IMG/VR virus record: IMGVR_UViG_3300050334_000106
Coordinates: 1 to 64,000 of that record
Source of the DNA: a virus
Lineage: Duplodnaviria > Caudoviricetes
Strand: one strand, 5' to 3'
DNA length: 64,000 nucleotides
Below, one piece after another: positions 62,992 to 64,000 of the stretch (position 1 is the stretch's first letter; every line of letters begins with the position of its first letter). The notes under the pieces are model-generated. The model saw only the letters and a list, made by a program, of their open reading frames with translations. It had not been told where the DNA came from and ran no database searches. A program made the position numbers and the translations under genes.

Positions 62992-63409
62992 CCAGCTTTT
63001 GCTGGAAGGCCTGCATAATTTCTATCGCCTGCTCCAGGTCCTTGGCATACCAAAGCTCATTTGACAGCTGCTGATTCAAGGCCCAGACCTCGTCTTTCTT
63101 TTTCTGAACCGTCTCCGTCCCTTCATCTATAAAGCCCTGTATTGGGCTTCCTTCCCTTATAGAATCATAGCTGTTATAGCGATCCTTCTGGCCCTGGGTA
63201 TAATCCCGAACTCTGTTCTCATAAACTTTTTGCCGTTCCTTTTCGCGCAACTCCTCTATAACTTTTACTGCATCATAGTATGTAGCCTCAATTTGCAGAG
63301 TCTCTTTGTTTCTTATCTGAGACATACAATATCTATTTTCATTTCTCTTGTCGGTTATTATTGAGTAAACCAGATGCAGAGCGCTTAACTTGTTCATATC
63401 CTCCTCCAA
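62954..63409 (-). CDS. Hypothetical protein
   Basis: In-operon ORF with GGAGG RBS. Confidence 0.6.
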   Translation of the reverse strand: MEEDMNKLSALHLVYSIITDKRNENRYCMSQIRNKETLQIEATYYDAVKVIEELREKERQKVYENRVRDYTQGQKDRYNSYDSIREGSPIQGFIDEGTETVQKKKDEVWALNQQLSNELWYAKDLEQAIEIMQAFQQKLDAIGLDGDLGES

Positions 63410-63599
63410 TCTCTCGTATTAGTGCTGCCACTAAGAGATACAGCAATGGTATTAACACCTCACCACCTGTCGCTTCATAGCCTCGAATATCATTTGCCAT
63501 AGCTGAGAATTTAGGAACCATCAAACAGGAAATAACAAAACCGATTACAAACAATGCAGTTCTGTGGGCTTTTAAATTGTTAACCTTCCTGTTTGCCAT
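63339..63599 (-). CDS. Small membrane protein
   Basis: Two hydrophobic segments; RGYEATGGEVLIP. Confidence 0.65.
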   Translation of the reverse strand: MANRKVNNLKAHRTALFVIGFVISCLMVPKFSAMANDIRGYEATGGEVLIPLLYLLVAALIREIGGGYEQVKRSASGLLNNNRQEK

Positions 63600-64000
63600 T
63601 TAAGCTGCCTCCCTCTTTAAGCTGAAGCCGGATATGATCTGCCAGAAGTGCAATAAACTCTGAATTTGTGGCCTTGTTTTTGCATGCAACGGAATATCCA
63701 AACAGGGAATCTAAGGCATTATAATTTCCCCTATCCCATGCAACCTCAATAGCATGACGGATAGCCCTTTCTGCTCTGCTGGCCGTGGTGCTGTTACTTT
63801 TAGCAATAACCGGGTACAGCTCTTTTGTAACGCTTTCCATGATTTTCGGGTTCTGAACTGCCAGAACTATTGCTTGCCGCACAAAGTTAAAACCTTTGAT
63901 ATTACGTGGCATACTAATTTGACTGAGAAGATTTGTGACCTGTGTTTCCAGATCACCATCGCCTATTTGAAATGTTGGAGCGTTTGCCGGAATTTGTTCT
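63580..64000 (-). CDS. Spo0A C-terminal DNA-binding domain protein (5' end beyond the window)
   Basis: IKGF, ITKE-like VTKELYPVIAK, TASRAERAIRHAIEVAW and TNSEFIA; frame open to the window edge. Confidence 0.9.
   Translation of the reverse strand, partial: EQIPANAPTFQIGDGDLETQVTNLLSQISMPRNIKGFNFVRQAIVLAVQNPKIMESVTKELYPVIAKSNSTTASRAERAIRHAIEVAWDRGNYNALDSLFGYSVACKNKATNSEFIALLADHIRLQLKEGGSLNGKQEG

Noticed and set aside
1-64000. attP/attL/attR sites and host flanking genes
   Set aside because: No host housekeeping genes, tRNA 3'-end duplications or long direct repeats were recognised; all genes fit a phage

Overview
The whole window is a temperate siphovirus-like phage or prophage, probably most of a genome, from a spore-forming Clostridia host. 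Host evidence: SLH-domain endolysin, Spo0A-like gene, Firmicutes LexA boxes, GGAGG/GGTGA RBSs. Layout: (1-4.3 kb) SOS/regulatory module and a leftward operon with a catalytic-domain-only tyrosine recombinase; (4.3-6.4 kb) long non-coding control region, 11-bp iterons, a RepL-like gene and a tRNA-like RNA; (6.4-37.3 kb, + strand) packaging, head, tail and lysis genes with several inserted genes; (37.3-38.8 kb) two divergent secreted-protein morons; (38.8-64 kb, - strand) early operon with a DnaD-type initiator, G39P-like loader, Bet/MBL/SMC-like recombination genes, SSB, helicases, a beta clamp, two DNA methyltransferases, PAPS-reductase-like and radical-SAM-like genes, and a Spo0A DNA-binding domain cut by the window edge. 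No CRISPR array, rRNA, canonical tRNA, reverse transcriptase or full-length integrase was seen. Best leads: (i) an ~810-bp segment bounded by promoter-forming inverted repeats, a possible inversion switch near a FimB/FimE-sized recombinase; (ii) a second, non-coding copy of the origin iterons; (iii) a possible RepL plasmid replicon; (iv) a tRNA-like RNA with a large insert; (v) an ATPase-only terminase paralog; (vi) a moron with boxA-like and anti-terminator-like flanks. All product calls come from motifs read by eye; no database search was run.
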